From Thalia democratica (taxonomy: Eukaryota), in assembly GCA_965202585.1 (NCBI GenBank), contig OZ241828.1, positions 36,208,001 through 36,272,000 of the forward strand: a DNA stretch of 64,000 bases, in the 5' to 3' direction. Positions 36,976 to 50,700 of this stretch are shown one piece after another (position 1 is the first letter of the stretch; each line of letters begins with the position of its first letter). The notes under the pieces were generated by a model. It saw only the letters and a list, made by a program, of their open reading frames with translations. It was not told the origin of the DNA and made no database searches. The translations under genes were made by a program, and so were the position numbers.

Positions 36976-37635
36976 TAATTTTGTGTAAAAAGGTATGTGT
37001 AAAAAACCAATTGTGACATAATTTTGAGCTTGCGCTGTTTGTTTTTTGTTTTTAAAATACTTTTCATAACGACTTTAAAGTTTGGGTTTTGCAGCCTACT
37101 TCACAAAATGTTTATTTTATAAACTTAACGTTTCAAAAAAAAGTTTTATTTTTCGTTTATTTCGCATGCAGGCTGCGCTTTTGTTTTAGCTACGCGATTA
37201 AATTTAAATCAACATTTTCGTATCAGCTGCGTAGTAGAACTTTTACTTCAATTGTGACATATTTGGTCTTAAATATTCTGCCCTCTTGTGAGCAAATTAA
37301 TAAATTTTCGATACAAATAGCTACGAATTGTTGATGTTTAATACTATAATTTTAGACGTTTTTTCATACAGTAGCAAACAAATTAAAACTAATAAGAATT
37401 GTATATACAATATCTTAAAAGTCTGTCACAAGACAAGCACATGTATTTATAAAACTCTATGTTTTCGCTTCACCTTATCAAAGTTTAATGCTAAATGATT
37501 AAAAAAAAAAAAGCTTATATATTATGTATAAATAACCCTATTTTTCAAAGGTTAAATTTTTATTTATTAATTATTCTAATAATTTAAATCAGTCTATTTC
37601 AGAAAAAAAACAATTGATTCAGATATATTTCTTAA

Positions 37636-38206
37636 GGGTAGCTGTCAAATTTGCACGAAGACACTTTTGCACGGAGAGATTTTTGCGAGGGTCGAGTTTT
37701 TATTTTATTTTTTTTAATAATTTGTTTTTTACTATCAGTGGTAACCCTAACCCTTACCCTCGGTCGGTAACTTATTTTTTTTAATATTTTTTTTTTTAAT
37801 TAATAATTTTTTTTTATTGTTTTTTTTTTTACTATCACTGTAAACCCTAGCCCTTATCCTCGTTCAGTAGCTTTTTTTTTTTTTTTTGACTTATTTCTTT
37901 TAATTTTTTATTATTTATTTTAATCAATTATATTTTATTTTTATTTTACTGTCTTTGTTACCGTTAACCCGTTACCCTCGGTCAGTTATTTTTTTTCCTT
38001 TTGTTTTTTTATTAAGTTATATTTTAGTTTTTCTTTTATACATATTTTTTCTGTTTTTTAACTCTCGTGCAAAAATGACCCCCCGTGCAAAATTGAACCT
38101 TGGTGCTGAATTGTCTTCGTGTAATTTTGTCCCCTTGTGCAGTTTTGTCTCTCGTGCAAATTGCTTTTTATACAATTTCGTCTTCGTGCAATTTAGACCC
38201 GTTTCC
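37636..38206. mobile_element. Foldback/Mutator-like MITE, copy 1
   Basis: Imperfect 27-bp TIRs (GGGTAGCTGTCAAATTTGCACGAAGAC / GTCTTCGTGCAATTTAGACCCGTTTCC). Subterminal TGCACG(A/G) repeat arrays and three internal CCCTAACCCTTACCCTCGGTCGG-like units. The 9-bp flanks match at only 6/9. Confidence 0.8.
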
Positions 38207-41200
38207 ATTTTTACATGTTTTTGTAAATAAAAAGTTAGTATTAATTATTAAAGATATCTGACATCACTTATTGTTAAATATTAATAAAACTATTTTTAGT
38301 CCATCGTCGGCTAAACCTTTTATAGATTATTTAAGTTTAAATTTCACTATGAATTATTATCAAAATAATAATTGAGAAGACTGATATTACAAGTAAAAAA
38401 AAAAGGTAGAACTTTAAATTTTGAAAATTTAAAGTATTGAAAATTACTTATCATAAAGAACTTGTAGTTTGAAAAGTTTTTATACACATAGATAGTTTTT
38501 TAAAACTGTAAAAACGACAGTGACGTAAGTATAACATCATAATTGCATATCGTGTTATGAAGTCAAAAAACGAGGAACAAAGAAAGAATGGCGCCAATGG
38601 CTGACAAAGATTTTTCTTCTTTGACATCTTGATTATTTGTATTCCACTTCAGCATCAATACTTGTAGCAGTACGGCGGCAGAGTCTAGAGAGCTGATAAG
38701 AATCTTAAAACATCCAATGTGGGTGGCAATAATGTGTGTTTTAGGATGAGTATTGTTGGATTTGAGATTTTTATTGACTCTTTATCTCAACGAGACGCAA
38801 AACTGCAGACAAAAATTGTGGTTGATGTTTTGTCTTTTTTTTATAACAACTTGTGCATGCTTGAAAAAAAATATGATTCTTTTAAAAGAGCATAATTAAC
38901 AAATACTTTTTTTTTTCTAATATTTTTGTTCGGTAAATAGTAGTTAAAAATAGTACTTTTATGTTTTTTTTAGAAATCTAAGCATTAAACTTAGAATTAA
39001 ATAGGTTACATACAATACATGATACATAACTTTATCACATTGATGCTGTACAGACAATATCTTGATGTTTAATTTAGCTGTAATAGTTAAAATTTAAGAA
39101 AATTACAACACAATTAAAAATAACTAGTAATATTATATTGCTCAACAAAGCTGTAATAGTAACTATTTGATATTGTATCTAAAAGCGTGCCATATATATA
39201 AGAAAGCAATTTCTTTGATAAACACAAATCAGTAAGGTATACTTTTTTACGATTATTTTTAATATCTTTGTTAAAACAAAAACACTACTAATGCTTATTC
39301 TACTTAAAAAACGTTTAAAAAATTAACATCTAAGCATTTGAAAAATGTTGATTAAAAGTTAAAAATATTACAATTTAAGTTAAAATTGCTACTTTGAAGT
39401 TATAACTAGTTTAAAAAATATTTGTTTACAAGGTTCACTACAATTGATTAAGGCAGTAAAAATAAACAAGTTTATGACCAAAATATAGTTTTTTTTTTCG
39501 TCGCGCGAGGCTACAACATTCGGCTGTATCATACACTCGAAAAAGTTCAAAATTTTATTTCTTCTCTATCAAAGTCTTCTTAAAATTACGGGTTTATTTT
39601 CACTCGTCTCTACAAAAGCTTTCTGCACTGAAAGAAAAATAAAATATATTTTCTAAAGTTTGAAAAAAAATTAAATCTGAATGTTGTATGTACAGCTCAT
39701 TTAAATTTAACCGAGTTAAGAATATTAAGAAGAAGATAAAAAATAAAAACACAGTTTATGTTTGAGATTGCCATCTCGCTCTGATGGCAATCTATCGTGA
39801 AAATATTACAGTATCAAGTTTCTGATCGAAAATCTGAAGAAACTGTCAATTTAAGAATCTGTTGTGATATCAATCATCTGAGATGAATGTTGTTTCTATC
39901 ATCAGAAAAATATTAAAATTACCAGCTGTTACTACAAAGGCGAACTTTAAAACGTATTTGACCGCATTATTCACACTACTTGTTTTTATGGCTTTCAAAG
40001 TACAATAATTGGTCTATTCGTTGCGCAATTGCGGCCAATCGTAAATCACGTTTTATGTGAAACCTGCTCATTAAATTTCCGTTTGTGACTTGCCATTTTT
40101 CATAATATTTATTAAAGCACCAAATAAATAATCAATCATTTTTTAGTTCAATTACAATCTCTTATTCCCATACACAAACACATCAACAGATAATTTGACG
40201 AAAGTTATTCACGTTCGCGGCTTATCTTATCGCTTGCTGATCGCACAACTTTTCTGACGAGGCACGATCAACAGTCACGAAGGTTTGATTGTAAAGAAGT
40301 GACAGCTACTGAAGAAGCTGAAATAAGCTGTTCTGTGGCTGTCAGCGAAAGTTATAAAAGATAAACCGAAAATAAGCGATATAAATGCGGCTTGATGTCG
40401 GCAACTGTGAAGTATTAAAACTGCATTTTAAGTGTCAGTTGCTTGAAATAAGCTTTGTAAGATAACTTTGATTTATCAACGGAATGCTTTTATGTTTTTG
40501 AGAAAAATTAAAGCCGGTCCACTTTATAAAAATTTGAAGTTAAAAATTCTTTGTCATCAAAACATTTTTTTTAAGAATTTTTTTAAGATAAAAGTATACA
40601 CTAGTTTTAATTGTTTGCAAATAAGCATGAAAATAAGTAGCTTTTTATTTTTATCCTAGTTAAATTTAACAGGCTAAAAAGCTAACACTTTACTAATCTA
40701 AAACATTAAAGAAATCACAAGCGAAAACCTAACAGAGGCGAAGCCTGGACTTACATACGCCGTGAGAGAAGTTAGTATACTTGTTAAATTACACTACTTT
40801 GATCATAGGACCATAAGTTCTCGGTAGACTGAGACGCGAGTTTCGTTTTTATTCTCTTGTGTTTTGTGTAAAATTAAAAATATTGAAATAAAGTGTTTAA
40901 AAATGAATATTAAATAAACTTGCTACAGTATTATTAAAAGATTATGCAAAGATAAACACAAAGTTTGAATATATAGCGCAAACAAAAAATTGTTTACATT
41001 TAAACGACTTTGCAACTTGATACTAAAAAAATAACAGTGACGATTTTAAATACAGGTTTATTGTCAAGTGTACCTGTAGTCTTTTAAGTTTAAGATAATA
41101 ATTTTAAATATTCACTAACAGCTCGATATAACATAAAAAACCTTACTAGTATATGTTTTACAGCTAGACATAAAAGTATGTATATTTTTATAAAAGTTCA

Positions 41201-44200
41201 TTGAAACTAATCGTTTTAAGTTTAATTCCTCTTAATTAATAATTTTATTTTAATTTTTTGAAAGATAAACTACAGCGTTTATTCTATTAAATATCTCATT
41301 TAACTAACATTATTTGCAATGTGTTATTAATTCTGTTAAGCAAAACAAAGTAATGTCAACGATTGCCATTATCTAGAAGATTTACTAAACAAAATACTTT
41401 AAAAGTTATAAACTGTTGTGTAAATGAAATTTCAACACTTTATTTTATTAATAAATACATACTACAATGTGTATTTTTCAAGTATGATTACAACATAAAA
41501 ACGTTATAATAACGTAGGCGATAAAATAAAAATATTGTCGATGAAATAATTAGACCAATAAGAAATCTTTGGAAAGCAAAAGAAAAAGAAACTTAAACTG
41601 CATAGAAAAGTTTGCTATCACTTTTAATAATTTGAAAAATTGCTATAATTAAAACTACCAATGTTATCAACACATATTTTTGACAAACTTTTGTAAAACC
41701 CAATACAAGTTTGCTTCCTTTAAATTAAGTTTGACAGCTTTTGTCAAAAGTTGAAAATTATTGATTTTTATTACTTTTTTCGATCTTTTTTCAAGTTTTA
41801 AAATAAAACTGCAGGTTAATCAAACTTATTGTCGAAGGACGTAGAACTTCGTTTTAAAACAGGTAAGCATACTAATCTTGGTTTCTAAAAATGAACATTG
41901 TTTAGTTAAGTTATGTGCTTGTAAGTGTGATTGTATTATTAGTTGCTAAAATATAAAATAAATAACTAAAGTTATCAAAGTTATGCAACAGAAAGTTTAA
42001 GATATAACTTTAAATAATATATCGTATATAAATTTGAGGAACAACTAATATGTAAAAAGAACTTTAAAGTATTCTCAGTCATCTTAAAAACCATGAGTTT
42101 TTATTTTGTACAAATACTGTATTATGTACTTATATTTTTGTACGCAGACAAGTAATGCCGCCATCAACTTAAATATTGATTCAAAAATAGATAAGATTCA
42201 TGCAGACGCCATCACAACCCAGTCAGATCATTTACGACCCTAACTATTATACCCTATACATTTAACTACTCTCATAGCCCTCTTAAAACGTTGTTTTTTA
42301 GACTGTAAAAACTGCGAATCGATTCCTTTTCTTAATAGAACGGAAGTTTTAAATGTGATTTGAGGTCTGAGTAAACATTTGCAGTAATAAAAATAAGCTT
42401 GTAAATCAAAATTTTAAAAAGTTTATTTTTTATAATGCAACTTTTGCTTGTTGTGCTTGATGCTTATCAATAAAAATAAGTCAAATGCCAATAGTAAAGT
42501 TTTGAACTAAAGTTTTTCATAATAGTTATTGATAGCTGTACAAAACTATGTACTTTTAGGCAACTATTTACGGTTTTCAAACAGTTAAGTGGAACAAAAA
42601 TGAAGACGTAGAGTTGTTTTTTTTTCCAAAAAAGTTCAATTAAGTTAAGCTGTGTGTTATTTTGTTAAACGGTAAAATGTCATCTTAAAAATTGAACCTC
42701 TGTTAAGAATTAAGTTTTTTTTAACATTCAAAGCCTTGTTTTTACTTAATCAATCTAACTTCAAAACACATTGTAATAAAATAGTTAAAAGTTTTAAAAG
42801 TGTAAACTTTCTTGTTTAAAACAAAAACAAGTTTGCACAACACTAAAGTGAAAGTGTTTTTATTCAATCCAGCTGTTAAAATCGTTGTTATTAGCGAACC
42901 AATGAAAGCGGAAAACTTATGCCAACAAAAAGCCTATTAAAAACATCATAGCAAATTCTTATTAAGGAATCTAAGTTTTTTGTTATTGTTGCCTGCTCCG
43001 TTTTGTTATGGCAAATAATTTAGTTTTTAGATATTGTTTGCTTATGCGTTTATATAAAGTTACGAATCTTTTTTGCATCAGACTTTTTGTTTCTTATTTT
43101 GAAGAATGCAAGTATTTATTAAGTTATGAATGTATAAAGATCCATGATCATAACCTGTAGACAAAAATTGATGAAGCAAATATTAAATATTTTTATGTTG
43201 TTTTATAAAAAAAAAAGTACTAAAAAGAAGCTTTATAATATGTCTATTAACATATTTGTCAAAAAAACGTCTTAATAAATCTATTTCGTAAACACTAACA
43301 TGTAAAAAACTGGTATTATATTAAGTAAAAAAGATATTAAATGTTGGTAAGGATATTAATGTGTCTAAAACTCTGAGTAGAATAAAAAAAGTATAAATAA
43401 CAAGTTGTCAGGGTTGTTGATATACAAAAATTACTTTTCATACATTTTTTCTTTATATTGTTCGACAAAATTGGAATATAAACATAAGTCGTTTAAACTT
43501 TAAATTTTGATATCAAAAGAACTATTTAAATAAATTTTATAAAACAAAAGTACTTTTAGTATTATAATAAGTTTCAGATAATTTTACGAGAAATTCGCAG
43601 TTATTGTAAAAATAATTTGAACATCTCATTCTAAACTTTATTGTTCTTTTTTTCAGGTTAAACTTAAAACTTCCTTTTTAGTTTACTGTTTTTTCCGTGT
43701 TTGATGAATTGTCAGAATATTATATTTTTATTAGTTTTATTAAATGTTAAAATTTTTTAATATAAAATATTACGTACAATTTGGTATTTTTTTTACAATA
43801 AACACAATTTTTTTACTTTATCGAAACTGTTTTTAGTCGGTTAACAATTAAAGTCGTTTGGAAATAATTCATATTTTTTATTAAGATGAATTCAATTTTT
43901 TTTGCGAGGTTTTTCAATCGAATTAAATAGTATTACTATTTCAGTTTTATAAGGATTTTCAAACAGTTTCAGAGTCTAATTGAAGTTTTACTTCTATGAG
44001 AAGATTCTTGATGTCTGAATTGAATTTTCTCTTTGGTAACGCTATGTGATATTGAACAGAAGTTTTATGAAGTGCAACTAAATTTTTACTTGGTTTGCTT
44101 TATTTGTTGTCAAATGTTTAAATATAAGCAAGATTAAATTTGTTGTTTATGGCTGTGTTTTATGTTTCGAAAAATATACAAAGGTTTTAAATGCTTTTGT

Positions 44201-46995
44201 AATGTTAATATAAAAGTATATAATTTTATATCACAGCTTAAAACAGTTCACAAATACCTTTTATTATTCTATTTTTTAAGTAAATTGTAATTTAGACTTA
44301 CAGCTAACCTAAACAATGAATATTATTTTTTTTTTAAATTTAAATGTATTTTTTATATCATAACAACAACAATTTTAGCACAATAGTTTAAAATTAATCT
44401 TGTAAATTATTTATCTATTTTGCGAGAGTTTTATGTTTAAAACCTAAAAAAATATAGAAAATAATAATTTGAAATAAATATATACGTAAAAGTTTAAAAA
44501 ATAATTTAAGTGCTTCATATCTAGAGCGTGGTTTTATAAAAAAAAATAATTTATATTAACCTAAAATAATAAATGCAAGTTACCTGGTTTAAACTAATTT
44601 GGTATTTATTGGTAAAGTAATAACTTGTTTACGATAATAATATGATTTACTAGTGATTTTTGGTGATTTAAAAACGTATACTTATCAGAATTACTTAATG
44701 TTCTTTAAGTGAAAAATGCGAAACGTTTAGCTTCTTCAATATCAGTAATTCAGTAAGTAAAACTTAAATTTAAGTTTACCTAGTACCTAAGATTAGGTAA
44801 ATATATAGTCTTTAATACTTAAATCAAAATATAACTTTTAAAAATGTTTATATTTATTAAACATAAAATTGATTAATAAAAATTTTTACTCTAAAAAAAA
44901 TGTTGCATTAAACTATCATAAAGCAACAAAAAAAAATTATTTTCCTCAAAACTTTAAGAACTATATAAAAAAATTAGTAAAGAAAGTAAGCTACTTTATT
45001 ATAAAAAACTTAGCTAACACATTTAAAAATATGCTCCTGTTTATTTTTATATAAGCAAAAAAGTATTGAAAATATTGACTACGGATTCCCACCTCGATAT
45101 ATATGCACGTTGCAAAGATGAGTAATAAACGTCACAGTGGAGTCATGAAACATTCATGTCAGCAGGGGCATACTACAAGCGAGCAAGAGAAAACTCAATA
45201 CACCGAAAAACTCATTTTTGTCACACTTACATTTTACACGTCTAGTGTATGGGTTTATAAAGCGGTATATCGGTTGTGGCTTTTTAAGACAATTGTGTGT
45301 TTTTGAATTTAATACTTGAACAGTTGTTGTTTTTACATGAATTTTATTATATTTAAGCAGTTTAGATTGTTCAAGGTGAACTTTACGAACTTATAAATTT
45401 CATACAGATAAAAAGTTGCAGTTTTTGAGCTTAATACTTGAGGTAATATTCTTTTTGTGTACACTTTTATGTTTAGGAAAACCATTGTGTGTTATAACTG
45501 ATTGACTTTTATTCATCAACAATTAAGTTTTGATAGGCAATTTATTATTAATCTTTAAGTGTGATAATCATTAACTAACTTAGTAGCTTGAATTAAATAG
45601 CAAAAATTGCTTTTAAGATGTTTGAAAATTACAAAAGAATTGTTAGCTTCAACTATTTGTTACATTTTTAAAAATTAATTCAGATCGTTAACATAAAATT
45701 CTACAGAAACTTATTTTTACGAAAAAAATCAATTCAAACGACTATAGTTATGATATGCATACATTTACGCCTTGGTAACTTATTCACTTATGCAAAAAAA
45801 AATATTTTCTTTTATTGTAACAAACAAACATAAAAACAAAAAAGTATCCAAACATTCTTTCCTGAAACTTTTTAAAACATTATTTTTAAATTTATCCAAA
45901 TGTGAGGCGACAAAGACTTGTGAGAGAAATAGGAACAGAAAAAAACTGTTCGATGTGATAAAAAAGTCTGCAAGTTTTCAAATGTTTCTGTTGTGTTCAG
46001 GTGTCTATTAGAAACCCATCAGGCGAAATATAAAGAAGTAGAAGTAAGTATTTTTAATTAAAAACAAAGTTTAGTTGATTTAAGACAGTTTTTGAAATAC
46101 TTATTTTTTTCGTTAGAAGTAAAAGTTTTACACAGTAACAGTAGTTTATTAAGAAACGTTAAACTACATTTCTATTCATTTTTATATTAAGGTCAGTAGT
46201 TATGATCATTTCAACTAATGAAAAGTTAAACTTTCGTTAAAATTTAATAGTTTGATGGGAATTTTCACAAGCAGGTGATTTAATAATTACCAAACTCCCA
46301 TGATTGCCGTTTTAATAAACGAAGGTCGGATGGTTTTTTAAACCTTTTTGCAAAAAAAACACACAAGAGGGTTAGGTGTCTCTTATAATTTGTTGCGTAG
46401 TTACGACTTATAATAGCAGAAAGGGGTTCCAGTCAAGTATTGAAATATCTCGTAAAAATAAAAACATATATAAAGTACTGATTGCAAAATCTGGCATAGT
46501 GTAACTGAACCTTACACAGCTGGTTTGAGGTTCATCTTTCAAGTTTCAATTCATTCACATGATACTTTCGCAGCTGTGGTTTAGTTTGACGCGTCAAAAG
46601 ACAAAAAGTTTAAAATTCGTTGTATTGATTTAATTGGTTTCCATACAAATTGAATGGCAACACGTCTCTTGCTGCGGTTATTTTTTTATGTTCTGTTAAT
46701 AAACTGTTATCGGTCGACACTAAAGTAAAAGTTGATTGAACAAATCCAAAAAGAAGATGCAAGTGAAAATACTATCATGATAAATACTTGACTTGAAATT
46801 ATTAAAAAAAAACGCTACACTACTATGAAGAAGTTATACCTGGATTAATGCCTTATAAAAACTAATAAGCCATTTATTAGGTTCAACATATATTTTTATG
46901 CAGCAAACACTTTCCCTTACTTGTGAACATTAGCTAGCGTAAACAAATACTAGTAATATTTTATAAAAGAAAAAAGCCTAAAAGGCAATAAAAGT

Positions 46996-47701
46996 GGGTA
47001 GGTGTCAAATTTGAACGAGCGTACAAATTTCCACGATGAGACAAAATTGCACAAGGCTACAAAACTGCACGAAGGTACTTTTACACGGAGGGTCAATTTT
47101 GCACGAAGACATTTTTGCACGGGTTGAATTTTTTTATAGTTAAAAAGAAAATTATAACTTTTATAACTTTTGTTTATTATTTTATTTCATTTATTCTATG
47201 ATTTTTTTTTACTATCACTTTTACCACTTACCTTTACCCTCGGTCGGTAACTTTTTTTTTTCTTATTTATCATTAACTAATTTATTAGTTTTAATTTTTA
47301 TACTAGTAATAATTTGTTTTTTATTTTTATAATCAATCTAACCCCTAACCCTTACGCTCGGTCGGTAGTTTATTTTTCTTTTATTTTTAATTAATTTAAT
47401 TTTCTTGTTTTTGTTTTAAGTATAATTTTTATTAGTTTTGTTTTTATTTTTATTTTCACTACCCCTTTTACCCCTAACCCTTACCCTCGGTCGTTTTTTC
47501 CCCCTTTTTTTATATAACACTTTTTTTTTTTTTTTTGTTTTTTAAACTCGTGCAAAATTGAACCTCCGTGCAAAATTGTCTTCGTGCAGTTTTGTCCCCT
47601 CGTGCAAATTTTCCTTTGTGCAAAATTGATCCTTCGTGCAAATTTTTCTTCTTTTAATTTAGTACCCTCGTGCAACTTTGTCTTAGTACAATGTTAAGCC
47701 C
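46996..47701. mobile_element. Foldback/Mutator-like MITE, copy 2
   Basis: Same repeat architecture as 37636-38206, with GGG...CCC ends and a 9-bp TSD AATAAAAGT (46987-46995 and 47702-47710). It is absent from the paralogous copy A region (~1050-1120). The right TIR is degenerate. Confidence 0.85.
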
Positions 47702-50700
47702 AATAAAAGTATTTATAGCAGAAAAAATACATGATACCCAATAAAGTTTATCTTATTTAAATTTTCAGGTGTTTCTAAAAGCCAAATTAAACTTTAAAAG
47801 TAAATGATAGAACTATTAATACTCATTTTTGCAAGTAGTTCAACGTCCATTAGAATTATTTTGATTCACTTCAAACCTCTCTTGATTTTAGGGTCTGCTG
47901 ATGTGTTTAATGACACAATAGCTGAAGTTATTGACGAAATTAAAGTGATATTGATGGCCACAGTTGATAGTCCGACAAGTTCGCAACTTAACTGTATTTT
48001 TCAAGTAACGCACAGCTCTTATATTTTACACGATTCGTTACAAAAGAAAACCCTGATGTTTCATATGCAAAAACACCAACTGCATTTTTTTATGCAACAA
48101 GGTAGCGACAATTTTACACTTTTCAGAATACCAGAGAGAGGCACATACCTTATTGTGATATCCTGCGGGAATTTCAACATTGCGCGCGATCGTAATATTT
48201 TGCTCGGTAGCGAGATTTTATCACCACTAAACAGACGGCTGCATTGTGAGCGCGTGCGTATGCGGCTGATAAGAGATAAGAAAACTATTTTTGAGTCCTA
48301 GTCAACATTTGTGTGTGTTTGAAAAGTGTGAGCTTCAAAAGTGTGAGCTGATTGAACAGCTTGATTGATTTAATACAGCTTTTGATGTCAAACTGTAATG
48401 AATGTTTTTGTTGCTGGTGCTTTAGGACAGTTAAATTAGGATAAAAAATAAATGACCTTAGAAATTTAAAACTAAGCCGTTATATTGTAATAAATGTTCA
48501 AATTTAATATAGTTTACATATTAAACATTTGTTTTTTCAATTACAATTAAGCTCTTGTAAAAATTAGTAAAAACTATATTTGATTCTCATGGTTTAAATT
48601 TTAAGCTTAGTCTCATTGTTTTTGAAATCTGAAAAACGATTTGCTTTAAACTTTTTATAATTTTATAGTTTTTGTATAAATGTATTTAAATCTATCACTT
48701 TTTAACCTTAGTGTAATATCTTATAGTCTTATTTATAATTTTTCTTATACTATATTTTTTGATAACAAAGTTTAAATGTATAAACACTAGTATGTATGCA
48801 ATGTAGTGTTTGAAGAACTTTATTGTTTAAGGACATAACATTTTTTTTGTAAATGTAATAAAAACAACAAAAAATTTATAAAAATTACTTTGTATGTAAT
48901 ATATCTGTTTTGATATTTAAAGTATGACAGATTTAGAAATAAGTTTTTAGAAAACATTAAAAGAGAAAAACTTCATGACATATCAAATTAAAAGCATGTG
49001 ATGATTTGTTTTTCTTCTGTTTTTTTATATAATAGCATAAGTTTTTGAGATAAAAACAAAAAGTTGGCTTTGATGATAATTTGGCAGGTTCACGTGCAAA
49101 TCGAACATTTTAGTCACTTTATTCCTCTGTTTTCACCTCACTTTCACTCAACATTCGAAAATTACCAGCAAAAATCAATCAATCTCTGTCATCATAGTAT
49201 AAAAAACATGCAACGAACATCGTTACGTCATAGAAAGCATCCGTTTTGGAACTAGCATGCGCTGAGTTTTATTTCCGTCTGAAAACTTAATCATTTTTTT
49301 GCATTGATTGTTTTTATTTTGTTAAGACGTGATTTTTTAGACATCTTGGAAGCAAAATAGGCCAGAACTCGTGTATAGAAACAAGCCACCGGTATCGATT
49401 AAATCTTTTTATTTCTACGCTACTTTTATTTAATATTATATGTATTTTAACATAGTACAGTAAGAAAAACTTTTATTTAAAAGGGTTAAGCTTGAAACTA
49501 ATAAAATTAGACAAACACATCTTTTTAACAGAATTGATCTAACAATAAACTTCTTCATCGAAACTAATCATAATTCTTTTTGAAAATATTAGCTTCTGAA
49601 TCCTTTTGAAACTAGTGGTCTTAAACGTTTTAGAGCACACAATGGAAAAGAAGCAAATTTAATAAAGTTTGCGATAATAAAAAAGGTAATTCTCATAATG
49701 AAACTGTTATAGCGGATATTTGCACACAATACAACTTAGTTTTTCTTTAATTTTTTTAGATTTGTTCTTTTTACAGCGACATAACAGTAGATAAAAAATA
49801 TGTTAAATAATTTTGCAATTATTCAACATCTAAAATACTTTTTTAATTTGATTTTCTTATAATATTCAAAATTCAATTGAAATCTGCAAAACAAATAGTC
49901 ATGTACTTAAAAAAACGTTTTTATATTTTTAGTTCATGTATAAGTGCTAAAATATGTCGTCTAGATTGTTGCAAACAATAAAACTACTTTTGTTTTCTAA
50001 CTGTGCTTATGGTTTTTAAATTTTTAAATTTAGCCGTAAAGCAGACAAATTTATTTTTTCTAGTTATCAAACTTTATGAGTTCACTAGAAGTCTGAATTT
50101 AGTTTACCATACAACTAGATTTTTGCACAAAGTATAGTCCACTAATAACTTTACGAGAGATATTTTACACATATAGTATTTAATACATACGTCTGTCTGT
50201 TTCCCTAAAATAACTTTTTAATTTACTAAAGTATATAATAAAAGTACACCATGTTTTAAAAATACCCTCTTCAGGAGTTTAAATATACAAAATTTTCATT
50301 TGGTATTGCTGTCAATCAGTTTAAAAACACGCGGTACGCGGTACAGTATTTATTAACGCGCCCCGAGATTTCACTGCAACTTGTTGTCAAGCGACCGGTT
50401 GCTAACAGCAACGCGTTTCTATGCAACATTCACGCGTGAACGATCACAACAAGGCGCTACCGTTAAGCTTGAATCAAACTTCGAAAGTATTTTAATATTA
50501 TTGTTACCAATCTTGTTGTTACCTGATGAAAGCAAAATGACTAAGACGTCATTTTTTTCTTATTCTCACACAGCAAATATAGCCGTAATATATAAAAAAC
50601 AGAAGATTAAAAGTAAAGTGGTCGAGCAAATCACGCTTGCGTAAAATAAATCAAACGTAATATTTCCAATGCGTTCAAAGCTTCAAATTAAATTACATGT

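Noticed and set aside
37741-37990. CCCTAA telomere-like repeats
   Set aside because: Only one or two units each, embedded in MITE internal repeats; not a telomeric array.
37955-38230. ORFs at 37955, 38017 and 47481
   Set aside because: They are translations of MITE tandem repeats.
39765-39793. 11-bp stem hairpin AGATTGCCATC/GATGGCAATCT
   Set aside because: Too short for a pre-miRNA, and no conservation evidence is available in the window.
47001-47680. CRISPR-like spaced short repeats
   Set aside because: Eukaryotic context with degenerate inverted arrays and a TSD, and no unique spacers or cas genes. This is a MITE.
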